In this document: positions 31,315 to 42,117 of the stretch, piece by piece
Position numbering within the stretch: position 1 is the first letter of the stretch
Layout of the letters: every line of letters starts with the position of its first letter
NCBI GenBank assembly: GCA_050115425.1
Contig: JASFQN010000002.1
Span: 1-42,716 of the forward strand
DNA from: Gammaproteobacteria bacterium
GTDB taxonomy: Bacteria; Pseudomonadota; Gammaproteobacteria; Natronospirales; JASFQN01
DNA length: 42,716 bases
Reading direction: 5' to 3'
The notes under the pieces: model-generated
Told to the model about the DNA's origin: nothing
Databases searched by the model: none
What the model saw: the letters and a program-made list of their open reading frames with translations, nothing else
Translations under genes and position numbers: made by a program

Positions 31315-31375
31315 TACTGTCTCAACCGTGCGGCGGCGGTCTCCGCCGCGCCGGAGACCGATCGAGGAAACCAGT

Positions 31376-33310
31376 TTGAACGACCTTGCCAAAAACCTGA
31401 TTCTGTGGGTGATTATCGCCGTTGTGCTGCTCTCGGTATTCCAGCACTTCGGACAGCAGAACGCCGGCCCTCAGCAGATGAATTACTCCACCTTCATGTC
31501 CAAGGTGCACGACGGCACTGTGACCCAGGTGACGTTCGAGGGCGAGACCATCAGTGGCAAGCTCTCCTCCGGCGACAGTTTCAAGACCTACATGCCGCCC
31601 ATGGACACGAGCGGGCTGGTCGACCAGTTGCAGAAGCAGAATGTGGAGATCAAGGCCAAGCCACCCGAGCAGCAGTCCGTGTGGATGCAGATCTTCATTT
31701 CCTGGTTCCCGATGCTGCTCCTCATCGGCGTGTGGATATTCTTCATGCGGCAGATGCAGGGTGGCGGAAGCGGCCGGGGTGCGATGTCGTTCGGCAAGAG
31801 TCGGGCCCGCATGCTCAGCGAAGATCAGGTCCGGGTGACGTTCACCGACGTGGCCGGCGTGGAGGAGGCCAAGGAAGAGGTTGTCGAGCTGGTGGACTTT
31901 CTTCGCGACCCGGGCAAATTCCAGCGCCTGGGCGGAAAAATTCCCAAGGGCGTGTTGATGGTCGGTGCGCCCGGCACGGGCAAGACCCTGTTGGCCAAGG
32001 CCATCGCCGGCGAGGCCAAGGTGCCGTTCTTCACGATTTCCGGTTCGGACTTCGTGGAGATGTTCGTGGGTGTGGGCGCTTCGCGCGTCCGCGACATGTT
32101 CGAGCAGGCGAAAAAACACGCTCCGTGCATCATCTTCATTGACGAAATCGATGCCGTCGGTCGGCATCGCGGCGCCGGGCTTGGCGGTGGCCATGACGAA
32201 CGCGAGCAGACACTGAATCAGCTGCTCGTCGAGATGGATGGCTTCGAGGGCCATGAGGGCGTGATCGTCATTGCCGCCACCAACCGTCCCGATGTGCTGG
32301 ATCCGGCGTTGTTGCGCCCGGGGCGCTTCGACCGCCAGGTGGTCGTACCGCTGCCCGATGTGCGTGGTCGCGAGCAGATCATCAAGGTGCACATGCGCAA
32401 GGTGCCCTGCGCGGATGACGTGGATCCCATGATCATCGCTCGCGGAACCCCCGGCTTTTCCGGTGCGGATCTGGCCAATCTCGTGAATGAGGCAGCGCTG
32501 TTCGCTGCGCGTGCCAACAAGCGCCAGGTGCACATGGAAGAGTTCGAAAAGGCCAAGGACAAGATCATGATGGGCGCGGAGCGTCGCTCCATGGTGATGA
32601 GCGAGAGCGAGAAGCGCCTCACCGCGTACCACGAGGCGGGGCACGCCATTGTCGGCCTGCTGGTACCTGATCACGATCCGGTCTACAAGGTGAGCATCAT
32701 TCCGCGCGGCCGGGCGCTGGGCGTCACCATGTTCCTGCCGGAAGACGACCGCTACAGCTACAGTCGACAGCGCCTGGAAAGCCAGATTTCCAGCCTCTTC
32801 GGCGGGCGCCTTGCTGAAGTGCTGACTTTCGGTCCCGAATACGTGACGACCGGCGCATCCAATGACATCGAGCGGGCGACCCAGATTGCCCGCAACATGG
32901 TGACCAAGTGGGGCCTGTCGGAAAAGCTCGGTCCCCTGGCCTACGAAGAGGAAGAGGGCGAGGTGTTTCTGGGCCACTCGGTGTCGCGTCACAAGAACGT
33001 TTCCGACGTGACCGCGCACGCCATTGACGAAGAGGTGCGCAACATCATCGACCGCAACTACCGTCGTTCGGAGCGCCTGCTGCAGGAAAATGCCGACAAG
33101 CTGAAATTGATGGCCGAGGCACTGATCAAGTACGAGACTATCGACTCGGCACAGATCAAGGACATCATGAACGGCAAACCGCCGCGTCCGCCGGAGGGCT
33201 GGAACGAGAGCCCGCCACCGTCCAGCGGCGAGCCTTCGCCGAGCGGTACGACCGACGACACCGTGCCGGAGGGCAGCGGCAAGATCGGCGGCCCGGCGCG
33301 CCAGCACTAG
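31376..33310 (+). CDS. ftsH: ATP-dependent zinc metalloprotease FtsH
   Basis: Walker [12 protein letters not shown], the AAA second region of homology, and the zinc motif HEAGHA. I prefer the TTG at 31376 ([17 protein letters not shown], 644 aa) with GAGGAA 6 nt upstream. The track's GTG at 31328 adds [16 protein letters not shown]. Confidence 0.96.
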   Translation: MNDLAKNLILWVIIAVVLLSVFQHFGQQNAGPQQMNYSTFMSKVHDGTVTQVTFEGETISGKLSSGDSFKTYMPPMDTSGLVDQLQKQNVEIKAKPPEQQSVWMQIFISWFPMLLLIGVWIFFMRQMQGGGSGRGAMSFGKSRARMLSEDQVRVTFTDVAGVEEAKEEVVELVDFLRDPGKFQRLGGKIPKGVLMVGAPGTGKTLLAKAIAGEAKVPFFTISGSDFVEMFVGVGASRVRDMFEQAKKHAPCIIFIDEIDAVGRHRGAGLGGGHDEREQTLNQLLVEMDGFEGHEGVIVIAATNRPDVLDPALLRPGRFDRQVVVPLPDVRGREQIIKVHMRKVPCADDVDPMIIARGTPGFSGADLANLVNEAALFAARANKRQVHMEEFEKAKDKIMMGAERRSMVMSESEKRLTAYHEAGHAIVGLLVPDHDPVYKVSIIPRGRALGVTMFLPEDDRYSYSRQRLESQISSLFGGRLAEVLTFGPEYVTTGASNDIERATQIARNMVTKWGLSEKLGPLAYEEEEGEVFLGHSVSRHKNVSDVTAHAIDEEVRNIIDRNYRRSERLLQENADKLKLMAEALIKYETIDSAQIKDIMNGKPPRPPEGWNESPPPSSGEPSPSGTTDDTVPEGSGKIGGPARQH

Positions 33311-33362
33311 CTGTCGACGGCTCCCGTCCGGAGGCGGGCGGGCCCGGGGTCGTGAACCATGC

Positions 33363-33396
33363 GGGGCCGGCAGTTTTCTGCCGGCCCCTTTTGTTT
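33363..33396 (+). terminator. rho-independent terminator after ftsH
   Basis: GGGGCCGGCAG-TTTT-CTGCCGGCCCC is a perfect 11-bp stem, followed by TTTTGTTT. Confidence 0.85.
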
Positions 33397-33413
33397 GTCA
33401 GCAGGGAGAATCA

Positions 33414-34253
33414 ATGAAAGCCCAGATGCAGTTCGGTGGCTTCGGTCTGGACCTGTCGCGCCCGCGTGTGATGGGCGTGCTCAATGTGACGCCGGACTCG
33501 TTTTCCGATGGCGGGCGTTTTCTTGATACCGCGGCCGCCATTCGTCGTGTCCGGGAAATGGTGGCAGAGGGGGCCGACATCATCGACATCGGCGGAGAGT
33601 CCACCCGGCCGGGCGCGGAACCCGTCCCGGTGGAACAGGAGCTGGAAAGGGTTCTGCCGGTGATCCGGGCCATCGCCCCCGAGTGTCGAGTGCCGATATC
33701 GGTGGACACCAGCAAGCCCGAGGTGATGCGCGCGGCGGTTGAAGCGGGTGCGTCGCTGATCAATGACGTCTATGGCCTGCGGATGCCTGGTGCGCCCGAA
33801 GCCGCGGCAGCCTGCGGCGTGCCAGTGTGCATCATGCACATGCAGGGCGAGCCACGCACCATGCAGGCAAATCCGCAGTACGCGGACGTGGTGGCCGATG
33901 TGAGCAAGTTTCTAGGCGAGCGCGTGAATGTGGCAATAGACGCCGGTGTGTCCCGCGACAATATCCTGCTCGACCCGGGCTTTGGTTTCGGCAAGTCGGT
34001 GGATCACAATCTCGAATTGCTGGCGCGGCTCGGGGAGCTTCGCGCGCTGGGTCGCCCGCTGCTGGTGGGTCTGTCGCGCAAGTCCCTGATCGGCAAGCTG
34101 ACCGGAGCGCCGGCGGATCAGCGCCTGCCGGGCAGCCTGGCGCTGGCCGTGCTGGCGGCGAGCGCGGGCGCGGCCATCGTGCGCGTGCATGATGTGGCGG
34201 CCACGGTGCAGGCTCTCACGGTGGCGCAGTCGGTTTCGACCCGGCGAAAGTGA
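33414..34253 (+). CDS. folP: dihydropteroate synthase
   Basis: VMGVLNVTPDSFSDGG, DIIDIGGESTRPG, SVDTSKPEVM and GFGFGK. AGGGAG Shine-Dalgarno sequence upstream. Confidence 0.95.
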   Translation: MKAQMQFGGFGLDLSRPRVMGVLNVTPDSFSDGGRFLDTAAAIRRVREMVAEGADIIDIGGESTRPGAEPVPVEQELERVLPVIRAIAPECRVPISVDTSKPEVMRAAVEAGASLINDVYGLRMPGAPEAAAACGVPVCIMHMQGEPRTMQANPQYADVVADVSKFLGERVNVAIDAGVSRDNILLDPGFGFGKSVDHNLELLARLGELRALGRPLLVGLSRKSLIGKLTGAPADQRLPGSLALAVLAASAGAAIVRVHDVAATVQALTVAQSVSTRRK

Positions 34254-34310
34254 TAAGATCAGGCAAGCTTCGGCCACGGAAAACGGCTGACAACAGGGAG
34301 ATTCTTCGGG

Positions 34311-35663
34311 GTGAGCAGGCAATTCTTCGGAACGGATGGCATCCGCGGACGGGTGGGCGAATCGCCCATGTCGCCGGATTTCGTGATGCGTCTTGGTTGG
34401 GCCGCGGGGCGGGTGCTGGCGCCGGACGGCGGCGGCACGGTCGTTATCGGCAAGGACACGCGGATTTCCGGATACATGTTCGAATCGGCGCTGGAAGCCG
34501 GTCTTGCCGCGGCAGGCATGAATATTCGACTGCTGGGTCCGATGCCCACTCCGGGCATCGCCTACCTGACACGCACCATGCGCGCCAATGCCGGCATTGT
34601 GATCAGTGCCTCGCACAATCCCTTTTATGACAATGGCATCAAGTTCTTCTGTCGCGATGGCAAGAAGCTGCCGGATGAACTCGAACTGGCCATTGAAGCG
34701 GCCATGGGCGAGCCCTTTCAGACGGTGGCATCGGAGCACCTGGGCAATGCCCGGCGCGTGGAGGATGCGGCCGGCCGCTATATCGAATTCTGCAAGCATT
34801 CGGTTCCATATGGCGTGACGCTCGCGGGGCTGAAGCTCGTGGTGGATTGCGCCAACGGCGCCGGCTATGCAATCGCGCCCCCCGTCTTCCGTGAAATGGG
34901 GGCGAGTGTCGACGCGATCGGAGCCAGTCCGGATGGGCTCAATATCAATCGTGATTGCGGCTCCACCCATCCGGACGCTCTGCGCGAGCGTGTCGTGGCG
35001 ACAGGTGCGGACCTGGGTATCGCACTGGATGGAGACGGCGACCGGCTGATCATGGTGGACCACACCGGCGAGCTCGTGGACGGGGATGAACTCCTCTTCA
35101 TCATTGCGCGTTCGCGCCTTGAGCAGGGTCTGCTGGCGGGGCCCGTGGTGGGCACGCTCATGAGCAACCTGGGTCTGGAACTGGCGATCTCCGGGCTCGG
35201 GCTGGAGTTCCGGCGGGCCGGCGTTGGCGACCGCTATGTCATGGCCATGCTGGAAGAGACGGGCGGAATCCTGGGGGGCGAATCTTCCGGCCACCTGATC
35301 TGCCTCGATCGAACCACCACCGGCGATGGCATCATATCCGCGCTCCAGGTGCTCTGGACGATGGTGGATAGCGGGCGCTCCCTGGCCGAGTTGAAGACCG
35401 GCATGGAAAAGTTGCCCCAGCGGCTCATCAATGTGCGTGTCGAGAACCGCATGGACCTGGAAGCCTCTGAAGTCCGTCAGGCGGTGCAACGCGCCGAAAA
35501 GCGACTGGATGGCAATGGCCGCGTGCTGTTGCGTGCCTCGGGTACCGAACCGGTGGTGCGGGTGATGTGCGAGGGTCGCGAGGCGACGCTGGTGGAGGGC
35601 GTCTGCGCCGACCTGGCTGAAGAAATCGAGCGTTGCAGCCGCCAGCACGCACGGCCTGCCTGA
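34311..35663 (+). CDS. glmM: phosphoglucosamine mutase
   Basis: FGTDGIRG, the active-site sequence [15 protein letters not shown], and DGDGDR. GTG start with AGGGAG upstream. Confidence 0.96.
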   Translation: MSRQFFGTDGIRGRVGESPMSPDFVMRLGWAAGRVLAPDGGGTVVIGKDTRISGYMFESALEAGLAAAGMNIRLLGPMPTPGIAYLTRTMRANAGIVISASHNPFYDNGIKFFCRDGKKLPDELELAIEAAMGEPFQTVASEHLGNARRVEDAAGRYIEFCKHSVPYGVTLAGLKLVVDCANGAGYAIAPPVFREMGASVDAIGASPDGLNINRDCGSTHPDALRERVVATGADLGIALDGDGDRLIMVDHTGELVDGDELLFIIARSRLEQGLLAGPVVGTLMSNLGLELAISGLGLEFRRAGVGDRYVMAMLEETGGILGGESSGHLICLDRTTTGDGIISALQVLWTMVDSGRSLAELKTGMEKLPQRLINVRVENRMDLEASEVRQAVQRAEKRLDGNGRVLLRASGTEPVVRVMCEGREATLVEGVCADLAEEIERCSRQHARPA

Positions 35664-35738
35664 GGCGCGGGGCAAATTGATTTCTGCGGCTCCCGCCGTT
35701 AAGCTTTGCCGCTTTTCACGAACGGCGAGAGGCCACCA

Positions 35739-36491
35739 ATGAGACAGCCGCTGGTAGCCGGCAACTGGAAGATGAACGGCACGCGCGAGGGTGCCGCCGC
35801 TCTGCTGGAAGAGATCGCCCAGGCCGTGGACGGCTCGATTGCCGCGGAGGTCCTGGTCTGCCCGCCCTTCGTTTTCATACCGGACGCCCAGCGGGCGCTG
35901 CGCGACAGCCTGGTGGCCCTCGGCGGTCAGAATGTCTGCGCGGAGGAGTCCGGTGCCTATACCGGTGAAGTCTCCGCGGGGATGCTCGCGGAGTTCGGTT
36001 GCAGCCACGTCATTGTCGGTCATTCCGAGCGTCGCACGCTTTACGGCGAAACGGACGTGCAGGTGGCCCGCAAGTTCATGGCCGCGCTGCGGGCGGGGCT
36101 GGTGCCGGTACTCTGCCTGGGCGAAACCCTGGACGAGCGCAATGCTGGCGACACCCACAAGGTGATCGAGCGTCAGTTGCGTGCCGTTCTCGATGTGGCC
36201 GGCGTGGAGGCGTTCGCAAAGGCGGTGGTCGCCTACGAGCCGGTCTGGGCAATCGGCACGGGCAAGACCGCGAGTCCCGAACAGGCCCAGGATGTGCACG
36301 CCTTCATTCGTGACCGTGTGGCCGGCGAGGATGCTACAATTGCCGATTCGTTGCGGATCATCTATGGCGGCAGCGTGAAGGCCTCCAACGCAGCCGAGCT
36401 GTTCCGCATGGCGGATATCGACGGCGGCCTCATCGGCGGGGCCTCGCTGGATGCGGAAGCGTTTCTCAACATTTGCCGCGCGGCCGGTTGA
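35739..36491 (+). CDS. tpiA: triose-phosphate isomerase
   Basis: [31 protein letters not shown] and GGASL. The ATG at 35739 is preceded by GAGAGG. Confidence 0.95.
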   Translation: MRQPLVAGNWKMNGTREGAAALLEEIAQAVDGSIAAEVLVCPPFVFIPDAQRALRDSLVALGGQNVCAEESGAYTGEVSAGMLAEFGCSHVIVGHSERRTLYGETDVQVARKFMAALRAGLVPVLCLGETLDERNAGDTHKVIERQLRAVLDVAGVEAFAKAVVAYEPVWAIGTGKTASPEQAQDVHAFIRDRVAGEDATIADSLRIIYGGSVKASNAAELFRMADIDGGLIGGASLDAEAFLNICRAAG

Positions 36492-36531
36492 TCCGGTGCA
36501 GCGCTAAATCAGCCAACTCGAGTCAACACCC

Positions 36532-37038
36532 ATGTTGCATACCATTCTCGTCATCGTTCAGGTCTTTCTCTCACTCGGTCTGATTGGCCTCATTCTGCTT
36601 CAGCAGGGCAAGGGGGCTGATGCCGGGGCGGCATTTGGCAGCGGCGCTTCGGCGACCGTCTTCGGCGCGCGCGGTTCGGCATCGTTCCTGAGCCGCACGA
36701 CGGCCGTGCTTGCCGCACTGTTCTTCATGAACAGTCTTGGACTCGCCTATCTTGGTCGCCACCAGGAAGCGCCCAAAAGTGTGGTCGAGCAGAGTGTCCA
36801 GCAGACCGCGCCCGCGCCGGAAAAGGCACCCGCAAAGGCGGACAAGAATACTGCTGGCGGCGAGGTTCCCGCTGAGACGCCCCCGCCTTCGGACAAGCAG
36901 GCCGCCGACACGAAGCCGGCTGCTGGATCAGCCTCGGATGTTCCCGCGCAAAGCGCGCCCGAGCAGGGCAACAAAGCCGATGAGTCGCGGCCGCCCAAAA
37001 AAGATCAGTCCAACGCTGGGAATGACGACGGTCAATAG
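36532..37038 (+). CDS. secG: preprotein translocase subunit SecG with a long low-complexity C-terminal extension
   Basis: The N-terminal ~75 aa match SecG (LILLQQGKGADAGAAFGSGASATVFGARG, two TM segments). The remaining ~90 aa are rich in Pro, Ala, Lys, Glu and Gln. The tpiA-secG-tRNA-Leu order is conserved. Confidence 0.88.
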   Translation: MLHTILVIVQVFLSLGLIGLILLQQGKGADAGAAFGSGASATVFGARGSASFLSRTTAVLAALFFMNSLGLAYLGRHQEAPKSVVEQSVQQTAPAPEKAPAKADKNTAGGEVPAETPPPSDKQAADTKPAAGSASDVPAQSAPEQGNKADESRPPKKDQSNAGNDDGQ

Positions 37039-37051
37039 GTTAAAATGGGCG

Positions 37052-37080
37052 GCGCAGCAGAAAGCGTCGTTCTGCTGCGC
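37052..37080 (+). other. perfect 11-bp stem-loop between secG and tRNA-Leu
   Basis: GCGCAGCAGAA-AGCGTCG-TTCTGCTGCGC, with no U-tract. It could be a processing or stability element. Confidence 0.4.
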
Positions 37081-37120
37081 TGTACCTGCGCTTCACCGCG
37101 CAAAAAACTGGTCAACTCTT

Positions 37121-37205
37121 GCCGATGTGGTGGAATTGGTAGACACGCCGTCTTGAGGGGGCGGTGGCGAAAGCCGTGCCGGTTCGAGTCCGGCCATCGG
37201 CACCA
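37121..37205 (+). tRNA. tRNA-Leu (anticodon GAG), CCA encoded
   Basis: GCCGATGTGGTGGAATTGGTAGACACGCCGTCTTGAGGGGGCGGTGGCGAAAGCCGTGCCGGTTCGAGTCCGGCCATCGGCACCA. Acceptor stem GCCGATG/CATCGGC, anticodon loop TTGAGGG, a long variable arm, and T-arm GCCGG-TTCGAGT-CCGGC. Confidence 0.95.
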
Positions 37206-37403
37206 GTCAGATCTGAGCATTTGAGCGGCACGTCTCGTGCCCGTAACACGTCTTCGAGCAAGCACTGCGAAGGAAACGCGGCAGTGCTGCGCGAGCGGCG
37301 GCGGCAGAGAAGGCCTGTTTCTTCTTTCGAACAGGTGGGCGCCGGCCGGGGTGGCCATGAAACGGCCCCTTCAAGCCGCGGTGCCCCGGTGGTGGCTGAG
37401 GAC

Positions 37404-37760
37404 ATGCTCGAAAATTACGTACCGATACTCATCTTTCTGATCGTGGGTGCCGCCTTCGGAGGCATTCTTCTCGTTGCCGGTTTCACGCTGGCGCCGCGTC
37501 GCGCAGACGCGGAAAAGCTCTCTCCTTACGAATGCGGCTTCGAAGCCTTTGAAGACAGTCGCATGAAATTCGATGTCCGCTACTACCTCGTGGCCATCCT
37601 CTTCATAATTTTCGATCTCGAGATCGCCTTTCTTTTTCCCTGGGCGGTATCGCTGGGAAAGATTGGCGTGTTCGGTTTCGTGTCGATGGTGATCTTTCTC
37701 GGCATCCTGGTGATCGGATTCATCTACGAATGGAAGAAAGGGGCCCTGGAATGGGAGTGA
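37404..37760 (+). CDS. nuoA: NADH-quinone oxidoreductase subunit A
   Basis: [19 protein letters not shown]...[10 protein letters not shown]...[22 protein letters not shown]. The upstream part of the track ORF overlaps the tRNA and is rejected. Confidence 0.93.
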   Translation: MLENYVPILIFLIVGAAFGGILLVAGFTLAPRRADAEKLSPYECGFEAFEDSRMKFDVRYYLVAILFIIFDLEIAFLFPWAVSLGKIGVFGFVSMVIFLGILVIGFIYEWKKGALEWE

Positions 37761-37808
37761 CCGACGCTTCCGCCACGGTCCGCAACGCGATTCTCGGAGT
37801 ACGTTTCT

Positions 37809-38279
37809 ATGGGGTCTGACATACAGAAGGGCTTCGTAACCACCTCGGTCGATGCCGTGATCAATTGGGCGCGGACAGGTTCGATGTGGCCGATGACATT
37901 CGGCCTGGCCTGTTGCGCGGTGGAGATGATGCACGCCGGCGCTTCGCGCTATGACCTCGACCGCTTCGGAGTGATCTTCCGGCCCAGTCCACGCCAGTCC
38001 GATGTGATGGTGGTGGCCGGAACGCTGGTCAACAAGATGGCGCCGGCTTTGCGCAAGGTCTACGACCAGATGGCCGAACCGCGTTGGGTCATCTCGATGG
38101 GCTCGTGCGCCAACGGTGGCGGCTATTACCACTATTCCTATTCGGTTGTGCGAGGTTGCGACCGGGTCGTTCCGGTGGACGTCTACGTACCCGGGTGTCC
38201 GCCTTCAGCGGAACAACTGCTGTACGGCATCATCCAGCTGCAGAACAAGATTCGCCGCACCAACACCATCGCCCGCTGA
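37809..38279 (+). CDS. nuoB: NADH-quinone oxidoreductase subunit B
   Basis: The N2 cluster ligand pattern is present: [25 protein letters not shown]. Confidence 0.95.
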   Translation: MGSDIQKGFVTTSVDAVINWARTGSMWPMTFGLACCAVEMMHAGASRYDLDRFGVIFRPSPRQSDVMVVAGTLVNKMAPALRKVYDQMAEPRWVISMGSCANGGGYYHYSYSVVRGCDRVVPVDVYVPGCPPSAEQLLYGIIQLQNKIRRTNTIAR

Positions 38280-38286
38280 CTGACGG

Positions 38287-38988
38287 ATGAATGCCATGAG
38301 CGACAAACTTGAAGCACTGGCGGCTCGCATCGAAGAACGATTCGCAGACCTGACCCGTGAATCATCCACCGTTGGTGAACTGACGTATGAAGTGCCGTCC
38401 GAGCACCTCCTGGATGTCTGTACCGCACTGCGCGACGAACCCGAGTTCAGATTTGAACAGTTGATCGATGTCTGTGGCGTCGACTATCTGGCCTACGGCA
38501 AGAGTGAATGGATTACCAATGATGCCACCGACCGCGGATTCAGCCGCGGGGTGAATCGTGTGCCTGTTGTCCAGGAATCCAACTATCCGCGGCGTTTCGC
38601 GGTTGTCTACCATCTGCTCTCGGTGCGCCACAATCATCGTGTGCGCCTGAAAGTCTATTGTTCGGGCGACGAGCCACCCATGGTGGACTCGGTCACGCCG
38701 ATCTGGAGTTCCGGCAACTGGTTTGAGCGGGAGACGTTCGATTTGTTCGGCATCCTGTTCAACGGTCATCCGGATCTGCGCCGGATTCTTACCGACTACG
38801 GGTTTGTCGGCCATCCCTTCCGCAAGGATTTTCCGACCAGCGGCAATGTCGAGGTCCGCTACGACCCGGAACGGGGCCGTGTGGTCTATCAGCCGGTCAG
38901 CATCGAACCGCGAGTTCTGGTGCCCAAGGTGATTCGCCGCGACCACCAGTTCGTGGAAGGTTTCAAGGAGGCCTCGAAAGATGCCTGA
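38287..38988 (+). CDS. nuoC: NADH-quinone oxidoreductase subunit C (separate from NuoD)
   Basis: The 30-kDa subunit motif is present: [40 protein letters not shown]. Confidence 0.93.
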   Translation: MNAMSDKLEALAARIEERFADLTRESSTVGELTYEVPSEHLLDVCTALRDEPEFRFEQLIDVCGVDYLAYGKSEWITNDATDRGFSRGVNRVPVVQESNYPRRFAVVYHLLSVRHNHRVRLKVYCSGDEPPMVDSVTPIWSSGNWFERETFDLFGILFNGHPDLRRILTDYGFVGHPFRKDFPTSGNVEVRYDPERGRVVYQPVSIEPRVLVPKVIRRDHQFVEGFKEASKDA

Positions 38989-40234
38989 GATTCAGAGCTT
39001 CACGATGAACTTCGGGCCTCAGCACCCGGCGGCGCACGGCGTGCTGCGCCTGGTGCTGGAAATGGAAGGCGAGGTGATTCGCAAGGCCGACCCGCATATC
39101 GGGTTGCTGCATCGCGCGACCGAGAAGCTTGCCGAGACCAAGCCGTACAACCAGAGTGTCGGCTACATGGACCGTCTCGATTACGTGTCGATGATGTGCA
39201 ACGAACATGCCTTCGTGATGGCGGTCGAGAAGCTGCTCGGCATAGAGGTGCCCATCCGCGCGCAATACATACGCGTAATGTTCGACGAACTGACCCGCCT
39301 CAGCAATCACCTGTTGTGGATCGGAGCGCACGGGCTGGATATCGGCGCCATGACCATGTTCCTCTATGCCTTCCGGGAACGCGAGGACATCATGGATATC
39401 TACGAGGCGGTATCCGGGGCGCGTCTGCACGCGACCTACTACCGCCCCGGCGGCGTCTATCGTGATCTCCCTGACAGCATGCCGCAGTATCAGCCATCCA
39501 AATGGCGGGATGCCAAGGACCTGGAGCGTCTGAACCGGGCACGCCAGGGTTCGCTGCTGGATTTCATCGACGACTTCGCGGAACGCTTCCCGGGTTGCGT
39601 CGACGACTACGAGACTCTGCTCACGGATAATCGCATCTGGAAGCAGCGGACGGTGGGGATCGGAGTGGTGAGTCCCGAGCGCGCTCTGAATCTCGGCTTT
39701 ACCGGGCCGATGCTCCGCGGTTCCGGAGTCGAGTGGGACTTGCGGAAGAAGCAGCCCTATGCGGTATATGACCGTGTGGATTTCGATATTCCGGTTGGCG
39801 TCAACGGTGATTGCTATGATCGTTACCTGGTCCGCGTTGCCGAGATGCGCCAGTCTGCACGCATTGTCAGGCAGTGCGTGAAATGGCTGCGTGAGAATCC
39901 CGGCCCGGTGATTGCCGAGGATCACAAGGTCACGCCGCCGAAGCGCGCCGAAATGAAGCGGGACATGGAATCCCTCATTCATCATTTCAAGCTGTTCACC
40001 GAAGGCTACACCGTGCCGGAAGGCGAAGTGTATGCCGCGGTCGAGCAGCCGAAGGGCGAGTTCGGCGTCTACATGATTTCGGATGGTGCCAACAAACCGT
40101 ACCGGGTGAAACTCCGTCCCGCGGGTTTCCCGCATCTGGCCTCCATGGACGAGATGGTCAAGGGGCACATGCTGGCCGATGTCGTCGCCGTTATCGGCAC
40201 CCAGGACATCGTATTCGGGGAGATTGACCGCTGA
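38981..40234 (+). CDS. nuoD: NADH-quinone oxidoreductase subunit D
   Basis: [24 protein letters not shown], and the C-terminal DIVFGEIDR. Overlaps nuoC by 8 nt. Confidence 0.97.
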   Translation: MPEIQSFTMNFGPQHPAAHGVLRLVLEMEGEVIRKADPHIGLLHRATEKLAETKPYNQSVGYMDRLDYVSMMCNEHAFVMAVEKLLGIEVPIRAQYIRVMFDELTRLSNHLLWIGAHGLDIGAMTMFLYAFREREDIMDIYEAVSGARLHATYYRPGGVYRDLPDSMPQYQPSKWRDAKDLERLNRARQGSLLDFIDDFAERFPGCVDDYETLLTDNRIWKQRTVGIGVVSPERALNLGFTGPMLRGSGVEWDLRKKQPYAVYDRVDFDIPVGVNGDCYDRYLVRVAEMRQSARIVRQCVKWLRENPGPVIAEDHKVTPPKRAEMKRDMESLIHHFKLFTEGYTVPEGEVYAAVEQPKGEFGVYMISDGANKPYRVKLRPAGFPHLASMDEMVKGHMLADVVAVIGTQDIVFGEIDR

Positions 40235-40731
40235 TGGCTGAAAGGAAGAGCGAACTCCTGTCGGAACACGCCCGCCAGGAAATCGACCGCTGGGTCGCAA
40301 AGTTTCCGGAGGGCAAGCAGCGCTCCGCCGTGATTGCCGCACTGACGGTGGTGCAGCACGAAAACAACGGCTACCTGACCGATGAACTCATGGACGCCGT
40401 CGCTGAATACCTGGATCTGCCGCCAATCCAGGTCTACGAAGTGGCGACCTTCTACTCGGTTTTCGAGACCAAGCCCGTCGGTCGCAACCACGTTTCGGTG
40501 TGCACCAACATCTCCTGCATGCTGTGCGGTTCCGACGAAATCGTGAATCACATCGAAAAGCGCCTGGGAATCAAGCTGGGCGAATCGACATCCGACGGCC
40601 GCATCTACCTCAAGAAGGAAGAGGAATGCCTGGCGGCCTGTTGCGGGGCGCCGATGATGATGGTGAACCACAAATACTACGAGAATCTCACGCCCGAGAA
40701 GGTCGACGAGATTCTCGACAGCCTGGAGTGA
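40234..40731 (+). CDS. nuoE: NADH-quinone oxidoreductase subunit E
   Basis: The 2Fe-2S ligands are present in [11 protein letters not shown] and [13 protein letters not shown]. Its start overlaps the nuoD stop (TGATG). Confidence 0.95.
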   Translation: MAERKSELLSEHARQEIDRWVAKFPEGKQRSAVIAALTVVQHENNGYLTDELMDAVAEYLDLPPIQVYEVATFYSVFETKPVGRNHVSVCTNISCMLCGSDEIVNHIEKRLGIKLGESTSDGRIYLKKEEECLAACCGAPMMMVNHKYYENLTPEKVDEILDSLE

Positions 40732-40736
40732 GGGGT

Positions 40737-42044
40737 ATGGAAGTCAAGGAACACATGGTCTGTTACCAGACCCTGCAGTTCGATGAGCCCTGGACCTTCG
40801 ACAACTATCTCAAGATCGGCGGTTATGAGGCCTGGAAGAAGATCCTCGGGGAAAAGACTCCGCCGGAGGAGATTGTCGAGGCGCTCAAGGCCTCGGATCT
40901 GCGCGGGCGCGGCGGTGCGGGATTTCCGACCGGCCTGAAGTGGAGCTTCATGCCCAGGACCGAGGCGCCGAAGTATGTCGTCTGCAATTCGGATGAGAGC
41001 GAACCGGGTACCTGCAAGGACCGGGACATTCTGCGCTTCAATCCGCACACTGTGGTCGAGGGTCTGGCCATCGCCTGCTACGCGATGGGTTCCAGGGTTG
41101 CCTATAACTACATCCGGGGCGAGTTCTCCGACGAACCCTACGGACGTTTCGAGCAGGCACTGAAAGAGGCCTACGATGCCGGTCTGCTGGGCAAGAACAT
41201 TCAGGGTACCGGCATAGACGTGGATATCCACACCTTCCTTGGTGCCGGCGCGTACATCTGCGGTGAGGAAACCGCGCTGCTCGAGTCGCTCGAAGGCAAG
41301 AAGGGGCTTCCGCGGTACAAGCCGCCGTTCCCGGCACAATTTGGCGTCTACGGCCAGCCCACCACGGTGAACAACACCGAGACGTTCGGATCGGTGCCGG
41401 CCATTCTCCGCAAGGGCATGGACTGGTTCTCGTCCATCGGCCGGCCCCGTAACGGCGGTCCCAAGATATTTTCGGTATCCGGACATGTGGCGAGGCCCGG
41501 CAATTTCGAGATCCCCCTGGGCACGCCTTTCTCGGAGCTGCTGGAAATGGCCGGCGGCATGCGCGACGGCAAGCAGCTCAAGGCGGTGATTCCGGGCGGT
41601 TCATCTGTGCCGGTCGTGCCGGGTGAAGTGATGCTCAAGACCGACATGGACTACGACTCGATCAAGGAGGCCGGTTCCATGCTGGGTTCCGGCGCAGTGA
41701 TCGTAATCGACGAAGACACCTGCATGGTTCGTGTACTGGAGCGCATCTCGCGTTTCTACATGGCCGAGTCCTGCGGTCAGTGCACTCCGTGCCGTGAAGG
41801 CACCGGTTGGCTCAAGCGGGTGATCAGCCGCATCGAACGGGGTCAGGCACGCAGCGAAGAGCTGGACATGCTTTACGACGTGGCCAGCAAGATCGAGGGC
41901 CACACGATCTGCGCGCTGGGGGACGCGGCGGCCATGCCCGTGAAGAGCTTCCTCGAGCATTTTCGCGAAGAGTTCCAGTACCACATCGATCATGGCTGCT
42001 GCATGGTGGGTCCGGGCAGCCGCAAAGAGGGCGAGGCCGCCTGA
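40737..42044 (+). CDS. nuoF: NADH-quinone oxidoreductase subunit F
   Basis: [13 protein letters not shown] (the FMN/NADH site), and [12 protein letters not shown] (the N3 cluster). The ATG at 40737 has GGAGTGAGGGG upstream. The track ORF's upstream extension overlaps nuoE out of frame. Confidence 0.96.
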   Translation: MEVKEHMVCYQTLQFDEPWTFDNYLKIGGYEAWKKILGEKTPPEEIVEALKASDLRGRGGAGFPTGLKWSFMPRTEAPKYVVCNSDESEPGTCKDRDILRFNPHTVVEGLAIACYAMGSRVAYNYIRGEFSDEPYGRFEQALKEAYDAGLLGKNIQGTGIDVDIHTFLGAGAYICGEETALLESLEGKKGLPRYKPPFPAQFGVYGQPTTVNNTETFGSVPAILRKGMDWFSSIGRPRNGGPKIFSVSGHVARPGNFEIPLGTPFSELLEMAGGMRDGKQLKAVIPGGSSVPVVPGEVMLKTDMDYDSIKEAGSMLGSGAVIVIDEDTCMVRVLERISRFYMAESCGQCTPCREGTGWLKRVISRIERGQARSEELDMLYDVASKIEGHTICALGDAAAMPVKSFLEHFREEFQYHIDHGCCMVGPGSRKEGEAA

Positions 42045-42117
42045 GGGTTTCCGCAATAACAACGGCTGCCGGTCGGCCTGACCGCCGGACGGTCCCAGAG
42101 GCGAAGATTTGGCTGAT

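Noticed and set aside
31322-33307. 661-aa ORF antisense to ftsH
   Set aside because: Same reasoning: it mirrors the ftsH frame exactly, has low-complexity His/Arg/Gly/Leu composition, and shows no motifs.
33912-36299. 795-aa minus-strand ORF spanning folP, glmM and tpiA
   Set aside because: It crosses two intergenic regions and three well-supported plus-strand genes. The open frame reflects the scarcity of stop codons in GC-rich sequence, not a gene.
36737-37156. 139-aa plus-strand ORF overlapping the SecG tail and reaching into the tRNA-Leu gene
   Set aside because: It is an alternative frame of the SecG low-complexity tail, is Arg/Pro/Ser-rich, and runs into the tRNA. It is not credible as a gene.
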